Positions 19,283 to 27,472 of a stretch of DNA of 64,000 nucleotides are shown in pieces. The position numbers and the translations under genes were made by a program. Under the pieces are notes generated by a model. The model did not search any database. It saw only the letters and a list, made by a program, of their open reading frames with translations, and was not told the DNA's origin. Origin of the DNA: a bacterium (GTDB taxonomy: Bacteria; Patescibacteriota; Patescibacteriia; Patescibacteriales; JAKAJF01); contig JAJYLD010000006.1 in the NCBI GenBank assembly GCA_021788015.1, positions 1,744 through 65,743 of the forward strand. Reading direction: 5' to 3'. Each line of letters starts with the position of its first letter. The stretch's first letter is position 1.

Positions 19283-19731
19283 CATACCCCGATGATTTTT
19301 ACTTTGGGATATTTTTTGAAAGCTTTCGCTTTCTTTTTTATTCTCTTCTTTAGAGTAAAAATATAAATCTCATCAAAGCCCTTGCAATAAGCCTGGACAA
19401 GGTTATCGCCGTTTATCGGACAAGCTATGGTACCCGCATAAAGGAGCGGAATCGCAATTTCTACATTCAAATTACCGAACTTTTTGCGAAACTTTCTTCT
19501 CTCTCCTTTTAAAACCTTCGCCATAATTGCGAGTTCGTCTTTACCTTTAACAACTCGCCCATGCTCATCAAAACTGATTTCGAATCCCGCTTTCATTAAA
19601 GCCTTGCTTATTTTACTGCCAGCGCCCGGAATAATAACCACTTTCCCCTCTTTGGCTTTTTGGAAAACAAATTCAAGAAAAATTTCCGAGTCGCTTGTGT
19701 CTCCCGAGGTTTTGATAAGAATGGATTTCAT
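19282..19731 (-). CDS. Short amino-acid-kinase-fold-like protein (tentative)
   Basis: 149 aa. ILIKTSGD and VIIPGAGS resemble the AAK-family N-terminal glycine motifs. Much shorter than canonical kinases. Confidence 0.35.
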   Translation of the reverse strand: MKSILIKTSGDTSDSEIFLEFVFQKAKEGKVVIIPGAGSKISKALMKAGFEISFDEHGRVVKGKDELAIMAKVLKGERRKFRKKFGNLNVEIAIPLLYAGTIACPINGDNLVQAYCKGFDEIYIFTLKKRIKKKAKAFKKYPKVKIIGV

Positions 19732-19741
19732 TTCTCCTCAT

Positions 19742-20212
19742 TTACCACTCTTTCACTACGGCTTCTTCCGGGCAATTGACTGATCCGGGATCGGCTTCAT
19801 TTCTCGGACAAGCCGCGCAATCTTCCCAAATTTTTCTCGAAAGCGTCCTCTTGTCCACCTTGCGAAAACCGAGACGGAGAAAAATGTCCGGCCTTAACGT
19901 AAGCGCATACGCATTTTTAACGCCGAGACTGCGAATTCTTTTTAAAACTGTCTTTAAAAGTTCCGAACCGATGCCGCGGCCATTAAACCCGTCTCTGACT
20001 ACAAACGAAACAACTTCCGCCCGCAAATCGGGATCGATTTTAAACCCGCAATTGCCTAGAAATTCTCCGTTTTCTTCGGCTACGTAATAATTCGCAAGCA
20101 TGGCCGCGATTTTCCCCTTGCTCTTCGGCAAAACTAATTCTTTTTTCGCCATCTCCTTGACGAGTCCATAGATGTTAACGATGTCCCCCGCTTTTGCCTG
20201 CCTGATGCGCAT
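19742..20212 (-). CDS. GNAT acetyltransferase, ArgA-like (short N-acetylglutamate-synthase-type)
   Basis: Acetyl-CoA motif RGRGIGSELL and a C-terminal Cys-rich tail (KIWEDCAACP..C). The internal ATG at 20212 is the likely start; the ORF extends to 20275. Confidence 0.65.
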   Translation of the reverse strand: MRIRQAKAGDIVNIYGLVKEMAKKELVLPKSKGKIAAMLANYYVAEENGEFLGNCGFKIDPDLRAEVVSFVVRDGFNGRGIGSELLKTVLKRIRSLGVKNAYALTLRPDIFLRLGFRKVDKRTLSRKIWEDCAACPRNEADPGSVNCPEEAVVKEW

Positions 20213-20432
20213 TTTCTTATCCTCCTTTTTTAAAATAACAAAAAACGGCTTGAGGCCGTTTGTTAAAATTCGCAAATTGGATTTAAAAATTAAACACTAA
20301 CAAACAACCTCAAAACAAAGTCTGAATTTCTCCTGCGATTTATTAAGTTTGGTTGTTTGCAAAGTTTCATATCAACATAATAGAACATTTTTAAATTAAA
20401 TGCAAGAGCTCGGGTCAACCTCTTGTGAAAGG

Positions 20433-21044
20433 TTATTTTTTACTTACCCATTCATTCCTCTTTATATAAAATCTCCATAGCTTGTCTTTGTACTCTTTCG
20501 CATATTCCACGCCGATCCGTTTTGCGGCGACAATATCCGCTTTTTTAATTTTCATTCCCCTGTCTTCAATCCAAAGCGGAGGAACGGGGCGTGCCCTGTT
20601 CCTACAAATATCAACCCCGTTCATTTTTTTATCAATTCGAAAAGCCTTGCAAAATTTTCCGGGACCATTTGTCGCAGGAATATGATTAATCACGTTCCTA
20701 CGGTTTTCCCGATGATTGCGGTCGTTCACTGATTCAACGGCTCTGATTAAAACCGCCGCCGGATAACCGTGACTCTCGGTTACGATATTGAAACAATAAT
20801 ACATGCCGTAAATCATGTACACGTAGGCGAAGCCGGGATGGCCGAACATGATTTTCGTGCGTTCGGTTTTGCCGCGACTGGCATGGCTCGCCAAATCGCG
20901 CGGGCCGCAATACGCTTCGACTTCCACGATTTTCCCGACCATTTTTTTCCCGCCGATTTTTCGGACGACAAACTTCCCGAGCAAATCTTTCGCCACGGTC
21001 AAGGTATCGTGCTTGTAAAAATTTTGTTTTAAAATTTTCTGCAT
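20433..21044 (-). CDS. mpg: DNA-3-methyladenine glycosylase (Mpg/AAG family)
   Basis: 203 aa. VEVEAYCGPRD..SHA..G.T.R...MFG.PG.AYVY..YG motif block. Confidence 0.85.
   Translation of the reverse strand: MQKILKQNFYKHDTLTVAKDLLGKFVVRKIGGKKMVGKIVEVEAYCGPRDLASHASRGKTERTKIMFGHPGFAYVYMIYGMYYCFNIVTESHGYPAAVLIRAVESVNDRNHRENRRNVINHIPATNGPGKFCKAFRIDKKMNGVDICRNRARPVPPLWIEDRGMKIKKADIVAAKRIGVEYAKEYKDKLWRFYIKRNEWVSKK
20580..20603. repeat. GC-rich near-perfect palindrome inside the mpg coding sequence
   Basis: AGGAACGGGGCG/TGCCCTGTTCCT (one G-T position). Encodes RNRARPVPP in a variable loop region of Mpg. Confidence 0.55.
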
Positions 21045-21046
21045 TT

Positions 21047-21553
21047 TTAAATAAAAATATTTTCCAAATTATTTTCATCCAGATCCCATTTCAAAGGATT
21101 ATTTATAATATATTCTCTTATCTTTATCAATTCATTTTCATTTCTGATTATTCGATCGTAAAAGGAACGTTGCCATTGAAAATTAAAATCGGAATGTAAA
21201 TGAATTAATTTAGATGAGGCAGTCTTAAACGCTCCAATTAATTCAGACAGAGATTTAACTTTTTCTTTTTGCAGGGACAGGTCGCGACCTGTCCCTACGT
21301 TTTCCGAATCAATGATTAAAATTCCATGTAAATGATTTGGCATTATTTTTAAAATATCCAAATAAATATATTTATATTTTTTCAACCATTCCCATTGCTT
21401 TTTTACGATTAAACCGGATTTATTTAAAATCATCTTTCCATTTTTAATTTCTCCAAAATATTTTTTTCTGTTTTTTGTGCAAATGGTTACAAAATAATAG
21501 CCGTCGTCAGAATAATCATGGTCTTTTGCGCGATTCGGTTTTCTGATATTCAT
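21047..21553 (-). CDS. IS200-like / REP-associated (RAYT-like) Y1 HUH transposase family protein
   Basis: HUH motif (MPNHLHGIL) and a C-terminal Tyr region (SFYDRIIRNENE). The likely start is MNIRKPNR at 21553; the ORF-track extension to 21625 runs through a hairpin. Confidence 0.7.
   Translation of the reverse strand: MNIRKPNRAKDHDYSDDGYYFVTICTKNRKKYFGEIKNGKMILNKSGLIVKKQWEWLKKYKYIYLDILKIMPNHLHGILIIDSENVGTGRDLSLQKEKVKSLSELIGAFKTASSKLIHLHSDFNFQWQRSFYDRIIRNENELIKIREYIINNPLKWDLDENNLENIFI
21273..21296. repeat. Perfect 24-bp palindrome inside the Y1 transposase gene
   Basis: AGGGACAGGTCG/CGACCTGTCCCT. Encodes GTGRDLSL just after the HUH motif. Confidence 0.8.
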
Positions 21554-21564
21554 ATTATAATTCC

Positions 21565-21592
21565 GTAGTGACAGGTCGCGACCTGTCACTAC
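21565..21592. repeat. Perfect 28-bp palindrome between the recG stop and the Y1 transposase start
   Basis: GTAGTGACAGGTCG/CGACCTGTCACTAC. Its 18-bp core GACAGGTCGCGACCTGTC is identical to the core of the palindrome at 21273-21296. Confidence 0.8.
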
Positions 21593-21597
21593 ACTTT

Positions 21598-23751
21598 TTA
21601 TTCCAAATGCGTCTGCCTGTCCCATTCACCCAATTTTTCTTTCAGTTTTGGCCAGGCATCAAGACTCGCGTCCTTATTCACGATTCTTTCCGCCTCTTCT
21701 TTCGCCAGTTTCATTAAAACGTAATCAAAAAGCGAAGCGATTTTCAATTCCGGAAAGCCTTTTTGCATCGTGCCGTAAACTTCGCCCGGGCCGCGAAATT
21801 TCAAATCGATTTTCGCCAAAGCGAATCCATCGTGATGTTCGGTTAAAGCGTTCAAACGTTTCAAGGTTTTTTCCGCTTCGCTTTCCGAAAAAAGAAAACA
21901 GTAGGATTGATATTCGCCTCTCCCCACCCTGCCTCGGAATTGATGGAGCTGGGCCAGACCGAATCGATCCGCGCCTTCTATCATCATGATCGTCGCGTTC
22001 GGCACGTCGACCCCGACCTCTACGACCGAAGTCGAAACCAAAACCTTGATTTTATTCTCAAGAAAATCGCGCATGGTTTCTTCTTTTTCTTTCGCTTTCA
22101 TTTTGCCATGGAGCATGCCCATTTTTATTTCGGGGAAAATGGCTTTATCCAATTTTTCAAATTCTTCTTTGACCGATTTGACGCCGAGCTTACTCGCCTC
22201 GCTTCCGCTCAAGCGAAGCGGGTCGGAAATATTAATCAAAGGGCAGATGACAAAAGCCTGTCGGCCTTTCATGATCTGCTCGCGGATGAAATCATAAGCC
22301 TTGCCCCGGTTTTCTTCGGCCACCACCTTCGTCAGTATTTTCTTCCGATCGGCCGGCATCTGGTTGATGATGGACAAATCCAAATCGCCGTACAAAGCCA
22401 AGGCCAAACTGCGCGGAATGGGCGTTGCGGTCGTGCTTAATAAATGGGGAGTAAAATCACCTTCCGGAGATGTCTTTTTGATCAAAGTTTTTCGTTGTTC
22501 CACTCCGAATCTGTGCTGTTCGTCGATTATAGCTAAAACCAAATTTTTAAAATTAATTTTTTCCTGGATTAAAGCATGCGTGCCGATTATTATTTGAGAA
22601 TCATGAATTATGAATTCAGAATCACGATTTTTTTCATCTCCTTGATTCATAATTCCTGATTCATGATTTGTTTTTTTAGCGCCTCTTGTCACTAAACCTA
22701 TTTTTATACCCCATCCTTTCAAAAGACGGCAAAATGATTCGTAATGCTGGCTTGCCAGTATCTCCGTCGGCACCATTAAAACCGCTTGCTTGCCGGCCAA
22801 AGCGGCGTTAAACATGGCGATTAAAGCCACGATTGTTTTTCCGCTGCCGACATCGCCCTCAAGAAGGCGCGACATGGGCTTGTCTTTTCCCAAATCTTTC
22901 AAAATTCCCCAAGCCGCTTTGCGTTGCGCGTCCGTCAATTTGAACGGCAAAGATTGGATTAACTTTTTTGTTTCTTCTTCCCGAAACGGAATCGGTTCGG
23001 CCCGGCTTGCATCCAAATCTTTTTTGATAAGCTGCGATTGCATCTGGATTAAAAAAAGTTCATCGAAAGCGAGCCGTCTGCGCGCGTCGGCGATGTCTTT
23101 ATTCGATTTGGGGAAATGCACTTTTCGCACGGCTTCGCCCAAGCCGAGCAAACCGGAATTCTTTCTTACTTCTTCGGGAAGCCAGTCGGAAAGCCGATCG
23201 GCAAGATGAATTACCTGTTTCATTAAGTAGCGAATTTGTTTTTGGCTCAAATCGTTCGTAAGGTGATAAATCGGCACCAGCCCTTGCGTGTGCACCGCAT
23301 TAATTCCGCGTTGGTCCGCGCTCAGTCCGCGCCAATCTGCGTTCCGAACTTTTTCATAAACGGGCGACATCATAACCGCGCCGGTAAAATCTTCTTCGAC
23401 TCGTCCGGCCAGAGAAACCGCGTCCCCTTCTTTCAGGGTGCGGGTCAAAAAAGGCTGGTTGAACCAAATCACTTTTATGCTTTCGGTTTCGTCGCGGACA
23501 AGCGCTTCGGTTATGAACATTCTTCTTCGCGGACTGCGCTTGTTTTGGATAAGCTCGATTTGCCCGACAATATTTACGGACATGCCCGGCTTGGCATCTT
23601 TAATTTTTAAGATTTTGGAAAAATCTTCATAGCGAAAAGGAAAATAAAAAAGAAAATCCTGGACAATTTCCACGCCCAAACGCCTGAGCTTTATCGCCGT
23701 CGCGCTCCCGATTCGGTTTAATTCTTTGATGGAATAATTCAAAGTTAGCAT
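21598..23751 (-). CDS. recG: ATP-dependent DNA helicase RecG
   Basis: 717 aa. Wedge/OB N-terminus, Walker A GDVGSGKT, DEQHRFG, and helicase C motifs QLHQFRGRVGRG. Confidence 0.95.
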   Translation of the reverse strand: MLTLNYSIKELNRIGSATAIKLRRLGVEIVQDFLFYFPFRYEDFSKILKIKDAKPGMSVNIVGQIELIQNKRSPRRRMFITEALVRDETESIKVIWFNQPFLTRTLKEGDAVSLAGRVEEDFTGAVMMSPVYEKVRNADWRGLSADQRGINAVHTQGLVPIYHLTNDLSQKQIRYLMKQVIHLADRLSDWLPEEVRKNSGLLGLGEAVRKVHFPKSNKDIADARRRLAFDELFLIQMQSQLIKKDLDASRAEPIPFREEETKKLIQSLPFKLTDAQRKAAWGILKDLGKDKPMSRLLEGDVGSGKTIVALIAMFNAALAGKQAVLMVPTEILASQHYESFCRLLKGWGIKIGLVTRGAKKTNHESGIMNQGDEKNRDSEFIIHDSQIIIGTHALIQEKINFKNLVLAIIDEQHRFGVEQRKTLIKKTSPEGDFTPHLLSTTATPIPRSLALALYGDLDLSIINQMPADRKKILTKVVAEENRGKAYDFIREQIMKGRQAFVICPLINISDPLRLSGSEASKLGVKSVKEEFEKLDKAIFPEIKMGMLHGKMKAKEKEETMRDFLENKIKVLVSTSVVEVGVDVPNATIMMIEGADRFGLAQLHQFRGRVGRGEYQSYCFLFSESEAEKTLKRLNALTEHHDGFALAKIDLKFRGPGEVYGTMQKGFPELKIASLFDYVLMKLAKEEAERIVNKDASLDAWPKLKEKLGEWDRQTHLE
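22597..22668. repeat. 72-bp AT-rich palindromic element inserted in-frame in recG
   Basis: Left arm AGAATCATGAATTATGAATTCAGAATCACG and right arm TTGATTCATAATTCCTGATTCATGATT. Encodes ..ESGIMNQGDEKNRDSEFIIHDS.. just before IIIGTHA. Confidence 0.6.
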
Positions 23752-23787
23752 GAGTATATTTTACCATAAAAAAGAGCTTAACCGTAG

Positions 23788-24072
23788 TTAAGCCTTGAGC
23801 ATTTCCTCGATTTCGCCGGCCCTTTTTGTTCCTTCTTCTCCCCCGAATTTCTCCGTGAGATAACCGAGGGAGGGGATCTCGACGGAGCTGGAGCCGCCGC
23901 CGTAGGAGTACATGAGCAGGCCGAGGTCGATCATCTCCCTCATGGTCTTTTTGACCTCGTCCGAGGAAGGCCCTTCCGCGCTCACGCCCTTGATGATGTC
24001 TTTTTCTTTCAACTTCTTCTTGCCCTTGGCCGCGTTCACGAATGCCAAAATCCTCTTTTTGAGTTCGTCCAT
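23788..24072 (-). CDS. Small G+C-rich hypothetical protein, possibly a winged-helix (DsrD-like) fold
   Basis: 94 aa. GGAGGG Shine-Dalgarno sequence upstream. Weak resemblance to DsrD-type winged helix (..EVKK..M.DLGLL.YSYGGGSS). Composition differs from neighbours. Confidence 0.35.
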   Translation of the reverse strand: MDELKKRILAFVNAAKGKKKLKEKDIIKGVSAEGPSSDEVKKTMREMIDLGLLMYSYGGGSSSVEIPSLGYLTEKFGGEEGTKRAGEIEEMLKA

Positions 24073-24160
24073 ATTCCCTCCTTCTGATTTGTTATCTTAA
24101 ACTTAAACCACAATTCTATTGTTGTCAAACTTGATAAAATAAAAATATTAATTTTCTGGC

Positions 24161-24212
24161 TTTCAAAAAATCATGGGGTTTGGGGAGGGCGGACGTAACT
24201 CCTGGTAAACAC
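24161..24212 (+). repeat. Family-1 repeat, copy B (internally deleted mini-copy)
   Basis: TTTCAAAAAATCATGGGGTTTGGGGAGGGCGG joined directly to the 3' motif GTAACTCCTGG. Confidence 0.5.
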
Positions 24213-24270
24213 TAAAACATAAAAGCAACGGCTAAAAACCCGCTGCTTTTTGGTACTTGCAATTAATCTA

Positions 24271-24456
24271 CTATTTATCTGTACCTACCGGATTCATCAA
24301 CGACTGAATCGAAACAATAATTACGAGAATACTCAAAAGACCGGTCAGATATTGCGGAAAAGTCGTGACTTCGCCGGCCTTGAAAAAATCGTGGAAGAAA
24401 AGAAAATCAACGAACAAAAATCCCAGAATAAGAATGATGTCTATTGTTTTTCTCAT
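24271..24456 (-). CDS. Small two-TM membrane protein
   Basis: 61 aa with two hydrophobic helices. Followed by a hairpin plus T-run (24222-24250). Confidence 0.4.
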   Translation of the reverse strand: MRKTIDIILILGFLFVDFLFFHDFFKAGEVTTFPQYLTGLLSILVIIVSIQSLMNPVGTDK

Positions 24457-24500
24457 ATATTTATTGGACAGAATCTCCGATGAACGATTCCGTCAATTAA

Positions 24501-25121
24501 TTAATCGTCCAATCCCTTTCCCTTGAGAATTTTCCGCATGTATTTTTCAACTCTCGCTTCACGAGTTTTGGATTGTTTGGGTTGGGAAAAATAAAAAATG
24601 TACGCTCTTTGCCGTCCCGGTGTCAACGCCTCGAAGGCTTTTTTCAAGGCGGGTACTTTATCCAATTTATTTTGGAATTCTTCGGGAATTTTGAAGTCAG
24701 ATGTTTTTTTATGGGGCACTTTCAAACCGGCTTTTTCCACTTCAATAGCTTCCTTGATATAGGCTTTCAAAACCGGTTCCATTTTTACTATTTCACTCAA
24801 GCTCGTGAATCGAATCTGGCGCCCCGCCTGCACATTCTCCGTTTGTTGAATGAGAACATGTTTGGGATCTTTCAATAAGACGCCCTTCATAAACAGAATT
24901 GCGCAGTATTCTTTAAATCCATGGATTAAAACCACGTTCCCGCTCTGCATCCCCGCCGATGAGGGAAATGTGTAACAGGGTTGGCCCCATTTCAATTCTT
25001 CGGTCAACCCGGAATCAAGAATGATTCTTCTCAATTCCTCCATTTCTTTCCGCCACTTTCCGACTCTATTTAGAAATGCGTCAACTTTGGGATTAGTTAT
25101 GATTTCATTTCTCTTTGTCAT
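24501..25121 (-). CDS. YdeI/OmpD-associated family protein (DUF1801 N-terminal domain)
   Basis: 206 aa. The C-terminal LTPGRQRAYIFYFSQPKQSKTREARVEK matches the YdeI-type motif as I recall it. Confidence 0.65.
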   Translation of the reverse strand: MTKRNEIITNPKVDAFLNRVGKWRKEMEELRRIILDSGLTEELKWGQPCYTFPSSAGMQSGNVVLIHGFKEYCAILFMKGVLLKDPKHVLIQQTENVQAGRQIRFTSLSEIVKMEPVLKAYIKEAIEVEKAGLKVPHKKTSDFKIPEEFQNKLDKVPALKKAFEALTPGRQRAYIFYFSQPKQSKTREARVEKYMRKILKGKGLDD

Positions 25122-25138
25122 GCGGTTGAATAATTCTT

Positions 25139-25297
25139 TTAACCTTTAAAAGCGAAACGCATCAACACGATAGTCAAGGCGTTAAGAATAACCAACGCCA
25201 ATACCATTTGTGATTTCGTCGCAAGCGGATGCATTAAAATGTAAACCGTGTAAATTATCGCGACAATAGCTGCGCCGAGAAAGTTTCCTCTTATCAT
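25139..25297 (-). CDS. Possible 52-aa two-TM membrane peptide (below ORF-track cutoff)
   Basis: Hand translation: MIRGNFLGAAIVAIIYTVYILMHPLATKSQMVLALVILNALTIVLMRFAFKG*. Confidence 0.3.
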   Translation of the reverse strand: MIRGNFLGAAIVAIIYTVYILMHPLATKSQMVLALVILNALTIVLMRFAFKG

Positions 25298-25532
25298 ATT
25301 TTTGGTTAAAGGTTGATAAAGATACGACCTTTATATAAGCCCATTTTATCAATTTTTTAGGAAAAAATCAAGAACGGTTTTGTCAAAATAAAAATAACTC
25401 GATAAAGTCGAGCTATTTTTATTTTGCGGAGAGGGTGGGACGATGTTGGAAATTTTTTATTGACAAACATAAAATTGTGTGGAAATATAACAAATATCTT
25501 GAACTTTTAATATAGGGTAGGAGGTTATTATC

Positions 25533-26136
25533 ATGGATAAAGAGAAATTCGATGCTACAATAGTGATGGGCGGGAAAAGGGGGCCTAATTGGTTTAAATC
25601 AACCTCTCCGTATGGCTATAATATTGCCGAATGCATCAGTGCCGCCGTCAAAGAAATTCGGCGAAGCAATGAGGAGATGGCGATTTTTTGGGCGCATCAA
25701 GTGGCAATTTCCGGCCAGGCGGCCGAGAAATTTATCTGGGAGATTCTGCGGGTGCATTGCATTGAGGACATCGGCCTGGCTAATCCGCAGGCAATCAATG
25801 TAGTTACTGATGTTATGCGGTTATATTTTGACCTTCCAAATATCGATGAGGAAATATGCTGTGCTTGCCCATGCTGTTATCTATATGGCCAGGTCCAAGA
25901 AAACCAGATATTCAAACGAGATGCTTTTCGTGATGCTTCAGGAATTGAGGAGCGGCAAGCTGAAGCCGAAAATTCCGGATTATGCCCTTGACATCCATTT
26001 GCCACAAGGCAGAAAAATAGGGAGGGGTTTGAAGCATTACCTTACCGAGGCGGCAAAGCTTGCTAAAGAAGACAAGTCTCTTTCGAAAAAATACAAGCAA
26101 AAGTTGCTCAAGATTGCAGTGAAAAAAAGTAAATAA
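25533..26136 (+). pseudogene. Stand-alone MgsA/RarA C-terminal-domain protein, frameshifted
   Basis: ORFs 25533..25991 and 25810..26136 together match the RarA C-terminal region (FWAHQ..EDIGLANPQA..|..AVLAHAVIYMARSKKT). Frame change near 25830-25850. No AAA+ module. Confidence 0.6.
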
Positions 26137-26140
26137 ATGC

Positions 26141-26170
26141 AAAACCACGATCTTCGGATCGTGGTTTTTT
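26141..26170 (+). terminator. Strong intrinsic terminator after the MgsA_C-like gene
   Basis: AAAACCACGATC-TTCG-GATCGTGGTTTT plus TT. Confidence 0.75.
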
Positions 26171-26288
26171 CTTGGCGGAGGGGGGGTCCAAAACAAAAAA
26201 ATCGCCCAGGTTAGTTTCAAACGGCCATATGACGCTATAGCCAAAATTGAAAATAAGGACGATTTTGAATCAGTGCGGTGTTTTTTGA

Positions 26289-26441
26289 ACGAAGTTCGAA
26301 CCGAAAAAGTGGCTCAAATTCAAGGATATTGATAAAAGTATAACGGAATTAAGAAAAATGTTCAAAGTTCATCCGGAATGGTTTGAAACGCCGAAGCCGA
26401 AGTCGGAGAAAGGTAAAAGCGAAGTCGAATATTCGATTTAA
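26289..26441 (+). pseudogene. 3'-terminal gene fragment (unknown gene X), copy 1
   Basis: Open for 50 codons after an in-frame TGA. Encodes ..KFEPKKWLKFKDIDKSITELRKMFKVHPEWFETPKPKSEKGKSEVEYSI*. Confidence 0.5.
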
Positions 26442-27301
26442 AAGAAACTTCTCATTTTTTCGATGGATGATTTCAAAATACCATAATCAGTCTTTCCGTT
26501 ATCTTTTTGGTGATGGATTTGGTTTCTAATGAATGTATGAATACTGACTTCGTTTCGATTGCCTTTCCACGGCGAATTTTTTGGTTCGCCTTTTACAGCA
26601 ACGAAAAAGTCATTATCAAACAACTTATAATCCTTGCTAACTCCGTTGGTAGATTTTAATTCCTCGTATAGTTCGTTGTGGTATTCTTCTGTTGCCAAAT
26701 TGAATGCTAAAAAGTTCGTTTCGTTCGCCGAGATGTACGGCAATACTCGTTTCTCTACCTCTAATACTTTTTGCCCATTACATTCCAAAACTCGCACTCT
26801 CACCTTGCTGTTTTCTGATAGCTGTTTTACTAATAGTGGAGAATGAGAAGCGAGCAAAATTTGTGCGTCTTTAGAAAACTCCAGCAGAAAACCGACAAAC
26901 TTTTCTTGCAACCTCGGATGTAAGTGTAGTTCTGGTTCGTCTATAAGAACAATCAACTGCTTTCCGCTTTGTCTGGCGAGATAGAAAGAATATAGAAGCG
27001 CAAAAATCATTTCATATCCCGAACCTAAATTACTCAAAGCAATTTGTTGATGATTGTCTTTCTTGGTGGCAAAGAAAGCTCCCCTAAACGGCTCGTAATT
27101 ATCCAAAAAATCCAATCTGATTTTTGAGCCGCTTATTTCCTCAAATTTTTTTACTGCCTCGGCAAGAAAATTATTTTCAACCCTGTCTTTTTTGATCTTC
27201 TCGTCTAAATCGTCGTTTAGATTCGCAATCCCGGTTTCTAAGCTTTTGTTGAGATATTGATAGCTAAAATCTTCCATTAAACGATGGTTCAAAGTTGCCA
27301 A
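26438..27301 (-). pseudogene. ABC/AAA_21-type (OLD-like) ATPase, N-terminally truncated
   Basis: Signature-like LSNLGSGYE, Walker B LIVLIDEPELHLHP and H-loop LLASHSP are present. No Walker A. The frame is closed by a stop at 27344-27346. Confidence 0.6.
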
Positions 27302-27319
27302 TCTGGCGGGGACGATGTC

Positions 27320-27472
27320 CCGAAGTTTGAACCGAAAAAGTGGCTAAAATTCAAGGATATTGATAAAAGTATAATGGAATTAAGGAAAATGTTCAAAGTC
27401 CACCCAGAATGGTTTGAGACTCCAAAACCAAAGTCGGTTAAGGGAAAGAATGAAGTGGATTATTCTATTTAG
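27320..27472 (+). pseudogene. 3'-terminal gene fragment (gene X), copy 2
   Basis: Homologous to 26289-26441. Begins directly after the tRNA-end-like motif at 27302-27318. Part of ORF 27284..27472. Confidence 0.45.

Noticed and set aside
21554-21625. N-terminal extension of the Y1 transposase ORF (start at 21625, overlapping recG)
   Set aside because: The extension is translated through the 28-bp perfect palindrome and overlaps the recG stop. MNIRKPNR at 21553 aligns with the usual N-terminus of this family.
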